Positions 33,901 to 43,075 of a stretch of 64,000 bases of DNA are shown in pieces. A model generated the notes under the pieces. The model had not been told where the DNA came from. It did no database searches and saw only the letters and a list, made by a program, of their open reading frames with translations. The stretch is from a virus: IMG/VR virus record IMGVR_UViG_3300018057_000010, positions 15,138 through 79,137 of that record. One strand, written 5' to 3'. Within the stretch, counting starts at the first letter, position 1; each line of letters opens with the position of its first letter. A program made the translations under genes and the position numbers.

Positions 33901-34379
33901 GACGAAGCGTTGTCCAGCGTGCCGGTAAAGGTCTGCGTCAGAGCGGCGCCGCAAAGCGTAGGCGTGACGGATTGCCCGCTATCGTTGACCCAGGTAATCG
34001 TGTAAAGCCCGTACTCGTAATAGTTGTTAATGGTGCCGCTAAGAGCTGCAGTTCCGGGAGAAGAGCAATCCGTGAACTTCTGCGTAGACGACTGCGTGCT
34101 TCCGCTCACGGCGGCATAGATATAGGTCGTACCTGCGGTCAGGCCGGAAATCGTGACCGTGTGCGAGGTCAACAGCGTGCTGTCTACGGGAGTCGCCTGC
34201 GATAGACTGCTGGTCCCATAGAGCAGCTGAGTGCTGGCGCCGATGCTTGTTGTCCAGCTGATCGTCGCCGTCGTGGAGCTCATCGCCGTCACGCCCAGGT
34301 TCGTGATCGTTTGCGCCTGCACGGCGATCGGAAGCAGACAGATCGGCAGCAAATATTTGAGAAGTCGAGTCATATCCAT
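30999..34379 (-). CDS. Tail fibre / adhesin with N-terminal Fn3-like domain and C-terminal S74-type intramolecular chaperone
   Basis: Signal peptide; TATISWTT...HTVTISGLTAGTTY; G/T/S-rich repeats GNVTIG; SSLAKYKANVE...LRPINY...GFIAEE...LDY coiled coil. Confidence 0.8.
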   Translation of the reverse strand: MDMTRLLKYLLPICLLPIAVQAQTITNLGVTAMSSTTATISWTTSIGASTQLLYGTSSLSQATPVDSTLLTSHTVTISGLTAGTTYIYAAVSGSTQSSTQKFTDCSSPGTAALSGTINNYYEYGLYTITWVNDSGQSVTPTLCGAALTQTFTGTLDNASSLSLSIPDNLQIVPSPSHWHIAVTGIDGSIGAMSTTFTTAGGALNISASLAAAAVNNLIHVWEDPTTGIFYPAVTASSVAWGHITGTLSNQTDLQNALNAKLNLSGGTMTGALTAPNITDSALTSGDCVQASTGGLLATTAFPCGSVASIGMTVPSALLAVTPSSITSSGTFAITLQSQSANLGFFSPNGSSGTPSFRASVEADLPSTTAFTDVSRTFTTAQTFSAGLSASSITDSGLTSGRCVVTTTGGLLTTTSGTCNSGTLATVGLAMPSQWSVSNSPLTGAGGTITVTLTSYTGTGAVVLQNNPLIDTALNVFTSAGGDQPTFANLYSPNSTTAGNSVGIEIGTTGVTNFDSAHFGFVYEGEGLPTNYASMGMYGAEHVLNIFGTTDVAIGTTLDNGYALTVTGDINTTGVYRINGTQIAASNLSNGTTGSGSIVLASSASTTVNGQTCTLGSTCTITAAAAGITVGTTTVSSGTSGYVLYDNAGTLGNLATTGSESVVLQTSPTINTSLAVSATGSSTTPILTISNPSAASTSLATFLDSNLSIGNFAQILIGHDSATSLNTAALSFHYAGGSGSSSNYIGLDFGTDGVFNIFGTGNVTIGGASDGGVKLFVIGNEAISGSGTAFRVSGSTTTSGSIATFLSPSLATSNFTAIQLGTALTTNNAMGLLYHFIGSGSTSNFLEFDFAGSSTSMSLFASGNISVGTTTDSGDKFYITGTAVSRGILHAATANTASNTVATFLSPSLATSNYNVINVGVDSLVTDNSASFGFHYVGSSSTANFASIGISGFSDNILNVFASGDVSIGSTTDGGYKLNVSGNIATNSSGSLLSNNDIKWNTFNASTTNQVCYGNSGTTGYQYQIATCSSLAKYKANVETLDSEITLNQLLKLRPINYRSKTTYREEVGFIAEEAVKVNPRIATYDNDGGLVGLDYGHITALLVSGFQRQQKEIEALQEEIKQLKNK

Positions 34380-34383
34380 CGCC

Positions 34384-35739
34384 CTATTCGTATGCCATGC
34401 AATCCATGGCGTAGATGGCTCCATTCGATCCGGAGTGGTCGTCGGAAATTAGATAGGTGAATCCTGTTGTCGATTGCGTCAGGCTGTACCAAGTTCCCTG
34501 AGCAGCCTTGGAAGTTCCATACGTGCCGCTAGGCCATGATCCGGCGCCGGGATACTGCATGGAGCAAGTAAGGTTGTAGTTGGCATCCGATAAAGTGGTG
34601 GACCAAGTGAAGGAGCCACTGCAGGACCAAAAGCCATTCGGATCGCTAGCTAGTTGGCACGACGACTGCTTGGTGATCTTTGCCAAAATCTTAATGTTGC
34701 CAAATCCGCTGTCGATCACGTTGCCGCTGGCATCGGTCGTCAGGAAATCTCCAGCAGTAAAAGAGCCGCTTGCCGTAGCCAATTTTGTGGTATTGCCGGT
34801 GTAGGTAAAGGGCAAATCCGCCACCACAATCGAACGAAACGAGGGAACGCCGATGCTTCCATTCGGTGACATAAACGCGGCATTCGCCCCTTGTGTAGCG
34901 AGCGTCATGGTCAATGTCCCGCTGCTGGTGACCGGTGTATTGGAATAGGTGAAAATATTCGGCCCAGTGAGTCCGACCGAGGTGACCGTGCCGCAAGGCA
35001 CGCCAGTGCCGACGACGGCGCCGCCCGTAGTTGTCTGCAGACATTGTCCGGAGCCGATGTAGCTCAAGATCAGGCTGGTCGAAATCGTGATCGTAGAGAG
35101 CGTCGAGCCGGAAGCGTTCACGATATTTCCCGAGGCGTCGGCAGCCAGCAGGCTATTGTTCGTCAATGTCCCGGAGACGGTGGCCAATTGCGAAGTGTTG
35201 CCGGAATAAGTGAAAGGCAAATCGAGTTTCACAATGGAGCGAAAAGTCGGCGTGCCAGACGATCCATTCGGAGAAAGAAAGGCCAGATTTGCCGACTGCG
35301 AAGCAAAGGTCACCGTGAAGGTCCCCGAGGTTGTCACCGGTGATCCGCTGACCGTAAAGATCCCAGGCATCGATAGCGACACGGAAGAAACGCTGGCGTT
35401 TCCATTCGCCGTGAACAGCTGGCTATAGGTCACCGTGCCGACCGTGATCTGGACGACATACGTGCCCAGGCCGACATAAAAGGCAAAGTTGCCGTTGCTG
35501 TCGGTGGTGTAGGGATTGCCAATCGAAGTCGTCAGCGTAATGTCGGAATAGATCGAGGAGAGCGGCGTGCAAGGGATTCCCGTCGACGTGTAGGCGCACA
35601 CGCGCACAGGGACACTCGCGGCCGGGTATCCGTTCGGCGTGAAGACTTGGCCGGACAGAGCCGAGCCTTGCCCCCAGGCCGTCAGCCCGCTAAGACAAAG
35701 AAGAAAGAAGAGAAAAACGATTCGCCGCTGCGCCAGCAT
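34384..35739 (-). CDS. Tail-fibre-like Ser/Thr/Gly-rich protein with signal peptide
   Basis: MLAQRRIVFLFFLLCLSGLTAWGQ; NPYTTDSNGNFAFY; shares the SPNGSSGTP(T/S)FR repeat with the downstream fibre. Confidence 0.7.
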   Translation of the reverse strand: MLAQRRIVFLFFLLCLSGLTAWGQGSALSGQVFTPNGYPAASVPVRVCAYTSTGIPCTPLSSIYSDITLTTSIGNPYTTDSNGNFAFYVGLGTYVVQITVGTVTYSQLFTANGNASVSSVSLSMPGIFTVSGSPVTTSGTFTVTFASQSANLAFLSPNGSSGTPTFRSIVKLDLPFTYSGNTSQLATVSGTLTNNSLLAADASGNIVNASGSTLSTITISTSLILSYIGSGQCLQTTTGGAVVGTGVPCGTVTSVGLTGPNIFTYSNTPVTSSGTLTMTLATQGANAAFMSPNGSIGVPSFRSIVVADLPFTYTGNTTKLATASGSFTAGDFLTTDASGNVIDSGFGNIKILAKITKQSSCQLASDPNGFWSCSGSFTWSTTLSDANYNLTCSMQYPGAGSWPSGTYGTSKAAQGTWYSLTQSTTGFTYLISDDHSGSNGAIYAMDCMAYE

Positions 35740-35839
35740 TGGATTGTCCTCGAAGAGGAGACTCCGCACCCGGCGCAGCGAGTGCGGAGACATTCCGCAA
35801 CTAAACGGTAAGCGGAAGAGCTATATGAATTCAAGCGGT

Positions 35840-36646
35840 TTATAGCATTTCTTCGAACTTCTTCTCGGCCCAGACATCGATGTAAGCGAAATTCTCCGAA
35901 TAGGTTTGAACGTATCCGGGAGGAAAGACAGAGCCGTTACCCAAATAGATATCGGGCCTGGGAAGAACAACCAGCATAAAGGGATCGATATGCAACTCTT
36001 CTACCCAAAATTGACTCTCCGGCAACTCCTTTTTGATGGAAACGCATTTGTTTAGCACGAACTCCGGCACCGGATCGTTGTAACTGGTAAGCGGTTTGAT
36101 CTTCCATGTGGGATCGAAGATCTTTCCCGTTGCGTAGACCACCATCTGCGCCTTATAGGCCTCCACGCTATCTGGGTCGAGCGTGGAGATCTCCAGCTTG
36201 TCGAGCGCCAAACGCAGCCGGGGTTTAAGGCCGTGAGCGGAAGCAAGTCGGCGATACCCAAGAAGCTGTTGCGCTTCCATCGCCAGCACCTTCATGCCGT
36301 CGGAAAAGTCCGATTCCTGGACTGGCTCCGGTTCGATCCGCTTCAGATCGTCCATCTTCGGCGGTTCCATCACCGCCACAGAGGATGGCGGGGCAGCAGG
36401 TATCGCTTCCTCTGTAGTAGCTGGATATTGTGTAGCAAGTGGACCGGTCCAAGGCACGGTGGAAAGGGAAGGCATATACGCATACGAGCGTCTGGGTATC
36501 GCCCCATATGTGGGTTGGCTAATCGTATTGTTTGAAGTCAACGGCTCAGTCGAAAGCCGCGTCAGAGTACGAGCGGTTTCTCTCTGTATCATAATTTCCA
36601 CCATCTCGGCTGGGCTGAGACGGCGAGCTTCTTTTTCGTTTGGCAT
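35840..36646 (-). CDS. Hypothetical protein
   Basis: AGGAG RBS; long ORF. Confidence 0.6.
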   Translation of the reverse strand: MPNEKEARRLSPAEMVEIMIQRETARTLTRLSTEPLTSNNTISQPTYGAIPRRSYAYMPSLSTVPWTGPLATQYPATTEEAIPAAPPSSVAVMEPPKMDDLKRIEPEPVQESDFSDGMKVLAMEAQQLLGYRRLASAHGLKPRLRLALDKLEISTLDPDSVEAYKAQMVVYATGKIFDPTWKIKPLTSYNDPVPEFVLNKCVSIKKELPESQFWVEELHIDPFMLVVLPRPDIYLGNGSVFPPGYVQTYSENFAYIDVWAEKKFEEML

Positions 36647-36726
36647 GGGTTCTCCTTTGGTATCGAGCAACGCTACTCACGGAGATCTTACTTATATTGA
36701 ATGCCTCCGAGTTTACACCCGTTTTA

Positions 36727-37473
36727 CTACAAACTGGCGAGATCCGATTGCAGTTGCACGAAATCGAATCCCTCTGGACTCTTATCGTTATCGCCGACAA
36801 TATCTTTACTCACACAGGCATACGCTTCGTCGCAATAAGTGTAGTAAAACTGCCAAGTCATCTGCTTAAGTTGGCCCCAGGTAATGCAGACCGGACCCGT
36901 TTCGTTATACGCCACCACTGGAACGGCATGGCCTCCCCAGCTTCCTGGCGCTCCATCGCCACGCGCTCCCTGTTCGGGGACGCTCCAAATATCCTGACTC
37001 GCAGCTGTCCACGGCAACAGCACTCCGATATAGCAGGCCCCAAAGTAATAGATCGCCTGCTCCAGCTCGTCGCGATTTGCTGGCGCCACGGAAACATACC
37101 CCGTGATCGTATGGTTATCGACGCCCGTCTTGCGCCAATAATTCAAGACGTCGAGAACTGCGGCGCCCTGATCGGTTGCCGGATCGCTGGCGTTGTATCC
37201 CGTGATCGCCGAATACATCCCCAGGATGTCGCTGTCGGGGAGAATCACTTGCGCTCCATCCTCTGCCGTCCAGGCTTGAATCATGTGCCCGACCGTCGCG
37301 CAAGTGCAATCGCCCACCTCGTCGTTGCCCATCATGCCCAGTTGCGTGATCTTTGCGGTTTCATCGCACGCTTCCGGAGCGGGGGCTAGCGCGGCGGTAT
37401 ACCGCGCTAGCTTAAGCGTCCTCCTGTCGAATCGAACAGGAAGTTTCCCAAGTTTTCTACGAATTTCCGCCAT
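36727..37473 (-). CDS. Papain-fold cysteine peptidase
   Basis: NDEVGDCTCA (catalytic Cys), WGGHAVPVVAY (His), ITWG. Confidence 0.75.
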   Translation of the reverse strand: MAEIRRKLGKLPVRFDRRTLKLARYTAALAPAPEACDETAKITQLGMMGNDEVGDCTCATVGHMIQAWTAEDGAQVILPDSDILGMYSAITGYNASDPATDQGAAVLDVLNYWRKTGVDNHTITGYVSVAPANRDELEQAIYYFGACYIGVLLPWTAASQDIWSVPEQGARGDGAPGSWGGHAVPVVAYNETGPVCITWGQLKQMTWQFYYTYCDEAYACVSKDIVGDNDKSPEGFDFVQLQSDLASL

Positions 37474-38120
37474 TAGAATCCCATCGCAATTTCGTGGCTA
37501 TACAACGTGGAATAGTTGGAACCGAAAGCCTTCGCAATCGTGGTCTTATCTTGCTCCGACCAGTATTGACTGACGACTTTCAACTTGGCGGCGCGGCGCG
37601 CTGCCGTTGCTTTGACTGCGGAAGTCGACTGAGTCGATTGCACCAGTCCATCGACCGTATGCAAGATCGCGTCGAGCGAAGCCATCAAGACAACCGCCTT
37701 CTGCTGGCTGGTGGAAGACTTAATGCCTGCCAGGGTTGTCAGCGCGGAATCGCCGTTCGTTACCAAGTCGTCGACCAAGGAAGTGATTTGGCTCCAAACC
37801 GATGTCGAAGGATTGGAGGTGTAGGTATTGCAAAGCGTGACCAAAGATTCCAACTTCGTCTTAATCGTCGCGCCAACTGTAGAGACAGTCGTCGAAGTAG
37901 TGGAATCGGATGCGCTTAAAGCCGTAATTACCGTAATGACATCGGCAATAATCGGCTCTGCCTCGGAGGCGTAAGTCGCTATCTCGCTCACTACTTTTGC
38001 GACGCTGCTGGCGTTGCAACCCATAAGACCTGGCATGGTTCCCAACATCAGAATCGTGCAAAGCATTGCGGCCGCCAGCTGACGATTGGAAGAACGAAAA
38101 AATGCAATGATCGTGTGCAT
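37473..38120 (-). CDS. Putative lipoprotein
   Basis: Hydrophobic leader and lipobox LMGC. Confidence 0.6.
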   Translation of the reverse strand: MHTIIAFFRSSNRQLAAAMLCTILMLGTMPGLMGCNASSVAKVVSEIATYASEAEPIIADVITVITALSASDSTTSTTVSTVGATIKTKLESLVTLCNTYTSNPSTSVWSQITSLVDDLVTNGDSALTTLAGIKSSTSQQKAVVLMASLDAILHTVDGLVQSTQSTSAVKATAARRAAKLKVVSQYWSEQDKTTIAKAFGSNYSTLYSHEIAMGF

Positions 38121-38129
38121 GAAATCTCC

Positions 38130-38480
38130 TTAGACGTAGCGTAGAACTATCCGGACATTCCTGCGCGATCCCTTCAGCGAGTTGCATATTCCATGTACAG
38201 CAGCGTTCTGTTTTACCAGCTTCCCATCCTGAACCACTTCGATGCGGTCATCGCGCCACCCTCCCCCGGCGCCGCGTGGTCTCTCATGATCGAAGGTGGC
38301 CTCGGCCCTGGCGAGGGGCCGACCACATAGAGGGCAGATGCCATTCTGGCGCAACCACATCTGCTCTAAAAGAATGCTATAGATACGACGGCCTTCGTCT
38401 GTCTCCAGATTACAGATCATCCGACCGTCATCTAGATAAAGAACAGGTTCTTCAATTGGGACGACCCGAGGGAGAGACAA
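38130..38480 (-). CDS. HNH endonuclease
   Basis: CPLC...TFDHE...NAAVHGICNSLKG. Confidence 0.8.
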   Translation of the reverse strand: MSLPRVVPIEEPVLYLDDGRMICNLETDEGRRIYSILLEQMWLRQNGICPLCGRPLARAEATFDHERPRGAGGGWRDDRIEVVQDGKLVKQNAAVHGICNSLKGSRRNVRIVLRYV

Positions 38481-39192
38481 TATCGATCACCTCTACAAGT
38501 TCTTCGATGTGGGTTTGCAGTGTTGTGCGAAGCTGATCGATTGTCGTTGCTTGAGCCAGACTTTCGCGAAGTCGTGGAAGGGATTCGTTGAGGTATCCCA
38601 CCATCGTTATTCGATCCGTGTATTCTGCGACAAGAAGTTCTAAACCGTAACCGGGATCGGAAATGCCGTGATCGCGGCACCACTTTTCCAGGCCTCGTTC
38701 GATGACTTCTTTTTGCCCCATGGCCAGATTGAGTTTGAGTGTAGTGCGCGCTTCCCGGAGGGGGATATTCTTGGTTCTCGCTTCATATTTGACGATCTCG
38801 TCTTCTAATTTCGGCCCCGTCAACGTTGCCGCTCTTTCGATCCATTCCGGCTTAATGCGGTCGCTTTCGGAGAGAAGGGTTAACTGTTCGGCATTGTCCG
38901 CTGTCATGGTTAGGAAGGCGTCAAGCGGAACTTTGGTGAAATGCTCTGCGATACGAATCATCCTGTACCACGTTGATCGGCTAATACGAACTTCTTGCCG
39001 ATAAGCAGCCTCGGACTCGAACCCGAGCTCTAGGAATAAGGATTCTTCTCGCAGGATGCGCCCATACCATCCAATCTCCATAGTCGATTGACGATGCGAC
39101 TTTTCCGCTCCCCTGATCTTCCTGTCAACCTCTATGGCTTTCGATGTTAGCTCTGGGCTTAAACTCTCAATGGAGATAGCAAGTGTGCTCAT
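38452..39192 (-). CDS. Hypothetical DNA-binding protein
   Basis: ISRSTWYRMIRIA HTH-like segment. Confidence 0.55.
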   Translation of the reverse strand: MSTLAISIESLSPELTSKAIEVDRKIRGAEKSHRQSTMEIGWYGRILREESLFLELGFESEAAYRQEVRISRSTWYRMIRIAEHFTKVPLDAFLTMTADNAEQLTLLSESDRIKPEWIERAATLTGPKLEDEIVKYEARTKNIPLREARTTLKLNLAMGQKEVIERGLEKWCRDHGISDPGYGLELLVAEYTDRITMVGYLNESLPRLRESLAQATTIDQLRTTLQTHIEELVEVIDIVSPSGRPN

Positions 39193-39328
39193 ATTATGTT
39201 TCCTTGCATTCCAAGCAGTGGCTCCATTTCAACGACTGGGGACTCGATTTCGTCTTCCTTTTGCCCTCTGCTTTAGGAAAGTTATTTTTTGTCCAACGTA
39301 CACAGGCAAAGCAACGAAACAACTTTTA

Positions 39329-40585
39329 TCAGGCAACAAAGCTCAAACTATCTGCATCGTATCTGCAAGAAACTCTCCCGCGCCTTCCCTCCCGCTGTTT
39401 GCGGATCGCGATCTCAGCATCGGAGCTTTCTTCCTCGGTTCTGAGTTCGAATAGGTTCTGGCACGACTGCATCAACGACGACGATCCCTTAAGCCGCTTT
39501 TTCCCCTTGGAGTCTTCTCCATAGGAGTGTTGCGACAAGGCGATGACGTGAACCCCTTTTTCTGTCTTCGCCAAATCTCGTAGCCTGTAAGTGACTCGGT
39601 CCAATCTCTGGACGTCGTCTTTCACATCCGGGACTTCTACAATTTGCAAATAATCTAGAACAATAATTCTCACACCGTACCGTGCAATAGCAAGTCGGGC
39701 GCGGGCGAGAATCTTGTCTAACGATAGACGCGAATTATCATCTACCCATAGTGGCAACTCAGCAAGCTTTTTTGATACATTTTTTAACTCCAGATAATCG
39801 GTGACATTTAAACTCCGTGGGTCCCGTATATCTTTGGCGCGAAGAAACTCCGACATAGGAGCGAAACACCGTCTTATTAACTGCTCTTTTGTCATCTCCA
39901 GAGAGAACCATAAGACGGGAATATCCTTACGCAAATTCGCCAAACTTATCTGGGTAGCGAACGCTGTTTTCCCGCCTCCAGTGTCTCCGGAAATGATCGT
40001 GTATTCGTTGGGATACAAGCCGCAAGTGCGCTCGTCGAGACCGGGAACTCCGGTGGTGAATCCCACGGTTTTCTGGGATCTATCGATCTTCCTTTGTTCC
40101 TCGATTTCAACTAAAACTTTGGGCAAAATAGCGGAGGCCCGCTGCATTTCCCCTGGCGCATCGGCGCTAATATCGAGCGCTTCGCTTTGCATCTCCGCCA
40201 GCAACTGATCGGGAGTTTCCGCCCCGTCCATAGCCCGAACGCCGATGCGGTCGCAGATCGAAACTACCTTCCGTAACTGCGACTTTTTCAGGACAATATC
40301 GACATAGTTTTTGGGATCGAAGTGTCTCGGAATCCCGTCTGTGAGACCGGAAAGATAGGCCACTCCTCCTATAGTTTCCAGCTCTCTTGTTTCGCGTAGC
40401 TTATTCGATAAAGTAATAATGTCGACATGTTGTCTATCTTCCAGGAGACCGGCAATAGATCCAAAGATTTTGCGGTGGGAATCCAGTCCGAAGTCCCCAA
40501 TCGAGAGCTGCTCGGTCACTTCGAAATAGGATGAATTCTCCATCAGAATTAGGCCGAGGATAGCCTTCTCTGCCTCCACATTCAT
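39329..40585 (-). CDS. dnaB: DnaB-like replicative helicase
   Basis: EAEKAILG N-domain, Walker A GDTGGGKT, FSLEM, IVLDYLQ, ALSQ, KQREG. Confidence 0.9.
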   Translation of the reverse strand: MNVEAEKAILGLILMENSSYFEVTEQLSIGDFGLDSHRKIFGSIAGLLEDRQHVDIITLSNKLRETRELETIGGVAYLSGLTDGIPRHFDPKNYVDIVLKKSQLRKVVSICDRIGVRAMDGAETPDQLLAEMQSEALDISADAPGEMQRASAILPKVLVEIEEQRKIDRSQKTVGFTTGVPGLDERTCGLYPNEYTIISGDTGGGKTAFATQISLANLRKDIPVLWFSLEMTKEQLIRRCFAPMSEFLRAKDIRDPRSLNVTDYLELKNVSKKLAELPLWVDDNSRLSLDKILARARLAIARYGVRIIVLDYLQIVEVPDVKDDVQRLDRVTYRLRDLAKTEKGVHVIALSQHSYGEDSKGKKRLKGSSSLMQSCQNLFELRTEEESSDAEIAIRKQREGRRGRVSCRYDADSLSFVA

Positions 40586-40841
40586 GTGGGACCAGTTGGC
40601 TTGCGGAGAGTTTCCCAAAGCGCTTCTCACTATGCTATTTCCGATTGCTTTCTGGAAGTTTTTTGTGTGCGAAGCGTGGCGAGTTTGATCCACCAATCGA
40701 TTTGTATCTTCTGCTTTTCTACATCCAAACCGACCTTTTGCTCGGCGGCAATATAGAGAGCATCGGCCAGAGAACTTTCGAGAATGCGGTCGACTTTTTC
40801 GGCCGTATCCAGCGCCTGATGGGCTTTGTCGTAGAGGGATT

Positions 40842-42200
40842 TCATGCAGTTTTCTCCGCTATGGTTTCGACAGCTTCCATGCGCTCCCCGATCCATCGCA
40901 TGACCGGAACGGCCATGGAATTTCCGAGTGATCGATAGCGCGCCGAGTCCGAGGCCCAGCGATTTTTGTGTTTAATCAGGGTGTAGTCATCAGGGAAACC
41001 CTGGAGTCTTTCGCATTCGATTGGCATCAGTCTTCGGACGGCCATCTGACTTTCGATATAGCTCCTGCTGCTGCCTCCGGATGCTGCGCGCATACTCGCT
41101 ACCTCGTCGCATTCTGGCATCGCGCCACCCTCACGACCGCGTAAGTTTATGGCTACGGCCGGATAACCCATTCCCGGTTTTCCGCCAGCACAAGAGAGCT
41201 GCATCGATACATCGCTGGTCCTGATTTCGCCGCGCTGGTTCTCCGCGAAGGCAACGGCATGCTGCTTTCCCGACTGGAGGGTAAACATCGGATCGCCTTC
41301 GTCTCCGATGCCGATGCCGCAACGCTGATCGTCGGTAGATCTGCCAGTGCGGGCGCCAGATTCGAGGATCGGCATGACCGTTATCAAGGCTTCGCTTGTG
41401 AAGTCCATTCGCCTCGATCCTGCGGAGTTGCAGGCGGGAGCGATGTCGATGGAACTGGATCTATTGTTACCTCCGTAGGCAGTTGAAACGAGCAGGTTCC
41501 GGTCTGCATCTTGGCCTGTATAGGAGTTAGCTGTTGAGAGGGTTCCGGCAGTTGGGGGGTGGGGGACAACTCCTCCTTGTCGCTCAAAGCTTTGAGTGCG
41601 CGCTCTAATTGTTCCGGCAGTTTCTTGCGTCTTCTTGCGGCGCGGCGCAAAATTCCCGAGCAGGCTTTGGCGCTCAAAAAGTACCGCTGCGGCACGTCTC
41701 CAGTCACCAAAATATCCGACAACGAAGATGCGGCGGCGGCGTTGGGGAACTCCGAAGTATTGAGCGTCAAGAACTCGGTAGGCGAACCCATACCCGATGT
41801 CCCCCAGCTCCCCAAGGAAGGCGCCAAAGTCTCTTCCTTCGTTAACCGACAGGAGGCCGGGGACGTTCTCCCACACCACCCACCGGGGCCGTGTTCGTTG
41901 AGCAAGTGCAAGGAATTCCTTGGCCAGGACACCACGGTTTCCATCCATTCCAGCTCGTGGTCCAGCGATGGAAAAGTCTTGGCAAGGAGTTCCTCCGACC
42001 AGAACATCGATTGAACCGGCATCGTCTTCTCCAATCATCCGGAAGTCGCCAAAGTTCGGGATATCCGGATAGTGATGAGTTAAAAGAGAGCAGCAAAAGG
42101 GATCGATTTCCGAGAATGCGACCGGCTCCCAGCCAAGCACATTCCAAGCGACGGATGCGGCTTCGATCCCGGAGCAAACGGACAAATAGGAGAGCTTCAT
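40842..42200 (-). CDS. DNA (cytosine-5)-methyltransferase
   Basis: CSGIEA, GGTPCQDFS, WENVPG, QRRRRIF, RRLMPIECERLQGFPD, RYRSLGNSMAV. Confidence 0.92.
   Translation of the reverse strand: MKLSYLSVCSGIEAASVAWNVLGWEPVAFSEIDPFCCSLLTHHYPDIPNFGDFRMIGEDDAGSIDVLVGGTPCQDFSIAGPRAGMDGNRGVLAKEFLALAQRTRPRWVVWENVPGLLSVNEGRDFGAFLGELGDIGYGFAYRVLDAQYFGVPQRRRRIFVVGYFGDWRRAAAVLFERQSLLGNFAPRRKKTQETAGTIRARTQSFERQGGVVPHPPTAGTLSTANSYTGQDADRNLLVSTAYGGNNRSSSIDIAPACNSAGSRRMDFTSEALITVMPILESGARTGRSTDDQRCGIGIGDEGDPMFTLQSGKQHAVAFAENQRGEIRTSDVSMQLSCAGGKPGMGYPAVAINLRGREGGAMPECDEVASMRAASGGSSRSYIESQMAVRRLMPIECERLQGFPDDYTLIKHKNRWASDSARYRSLGNSMAVPVMRWIGERMEAVETIAEKTA
41384..42034 (-). CDS. Overprinted alternative-frame ORF inside the C5 MTase (M.EcoHK31I beta-subunit-like)
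   Basis: 216-codon open frame with SSLSDIL...PQRYFLSAKACSGILRRA, resembling the frame-shifted beta polypeptide of two-subunit C5 MTases. Confidence 0.55.
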   Translation of the reverse strand: MEKTMPVQSMFWSEELLAKTFPSLDHELEWMETVVSWPRNSLHLLNEHGPGGWCGRTSPASCRLTKEETLAPSLGSWGTSGMGSPTEFLTLNTSEFPNAAAASSLSDILVTGDVPQRYFLSAKACSGILRRAARRRKKLPEQLERALKALSDKEELSPTPQLPEPSQQLTPIQAKMQTGTCSFQLPTEVTIDPVPSTSLPPATPQDRGEWTSQAKP

Positions 42201-42456
42201 TTGTCTTTCACTCCATAGAACATTCGGTGAAAAACCAGGGCGTCGATGGCCTGATTCTCGCGAATTTGGAGAAGCGGAAGCCCTCTGCTACGCAGTTCTT
42301 CTTCCTTGTAGACGTCGAATCCTTTTGGCACCAGCAGCAATATTTCAATGACTTGCTGAAGGCCAGTGTGCTCCGAAAAGATGATTTTGAGAGCCTCTAT
42401 GACGCCTTTTTTGGCGAAGAGTTCGTTCATTTCTTTTACCGTTGAATTGTCAGTAG

Positions 42457-42870
42457 TCATTGCATTCTCCGGTGAGTTTTGATCCATTCCGCGATGTCTT
42501 CCGGCTTATAAGCGACCAGATAGAAGTGACCGTTATCGGTCACCCAATCGCGAAAACTGTGCTGAAATTTGCTAAGTTTTTTCCCTTCTTGCTTGCACTC
42601 GATCCAGAGGGGAACGGGGACGATATGCCCAAGATTTCCGACCTGCATGGTGGGCATAGCGAGGATGTCGGCCATGCCTTTGACGCCGAAGGCGACTTGC
42701 CGGAAGCCACCTTTTTTGTTCTGGAGGGCAAGGCTGCCGGTATTCATACGGACGGCCCAGATATGTTCCGCCTGCAGGAAATCGAGGCAAGCATGGAGGA
42801 CGTAACTTTCTGGAGTCCTCTTGCTATCGTTGGGCGAGTAGCGGATCTGGAGGCCGGAGTTGGAGTTCAT
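42457..42870 (-). CDS. VRR-NUC / Holliday-junction-resolvase-like nuclease
   Basis: GMADIL...WIECK...LSKFQ..F. Confidence 0.75.
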   Translation of the reverse strand: MNSNSGLQIRYSPNDSKRTPESYVLHACLDFLQAEHIWAVRMNTGSLALQNKKGGFRQVAFGVKGMADILAMPTMQVGNLGHIVPVPLWIECKQEGKKLSKFQHSFRDWVTDNGHFYLVAYKPEDIAEWIKTHRRMQ

Positions 42871-43075
42871 GGCAGGGCCTCCAGATCGTCAGCGAGTTTG
42901 GAAAGAAGGTCGAAGGCGCGGGAAATGAAGTTATGGCCGAGGTAGTCCGATTGTTGGACTTCCTGGTGGATGTCGTTCAGTTGGAGGCAAGCATCGCGGA
43001 GCAGCATATTGCGATCCTTCAGCTGCCCCGGCTCCGCTTTCGCCCCATAGAAACCAGCGTCCATACGACCTCAAA

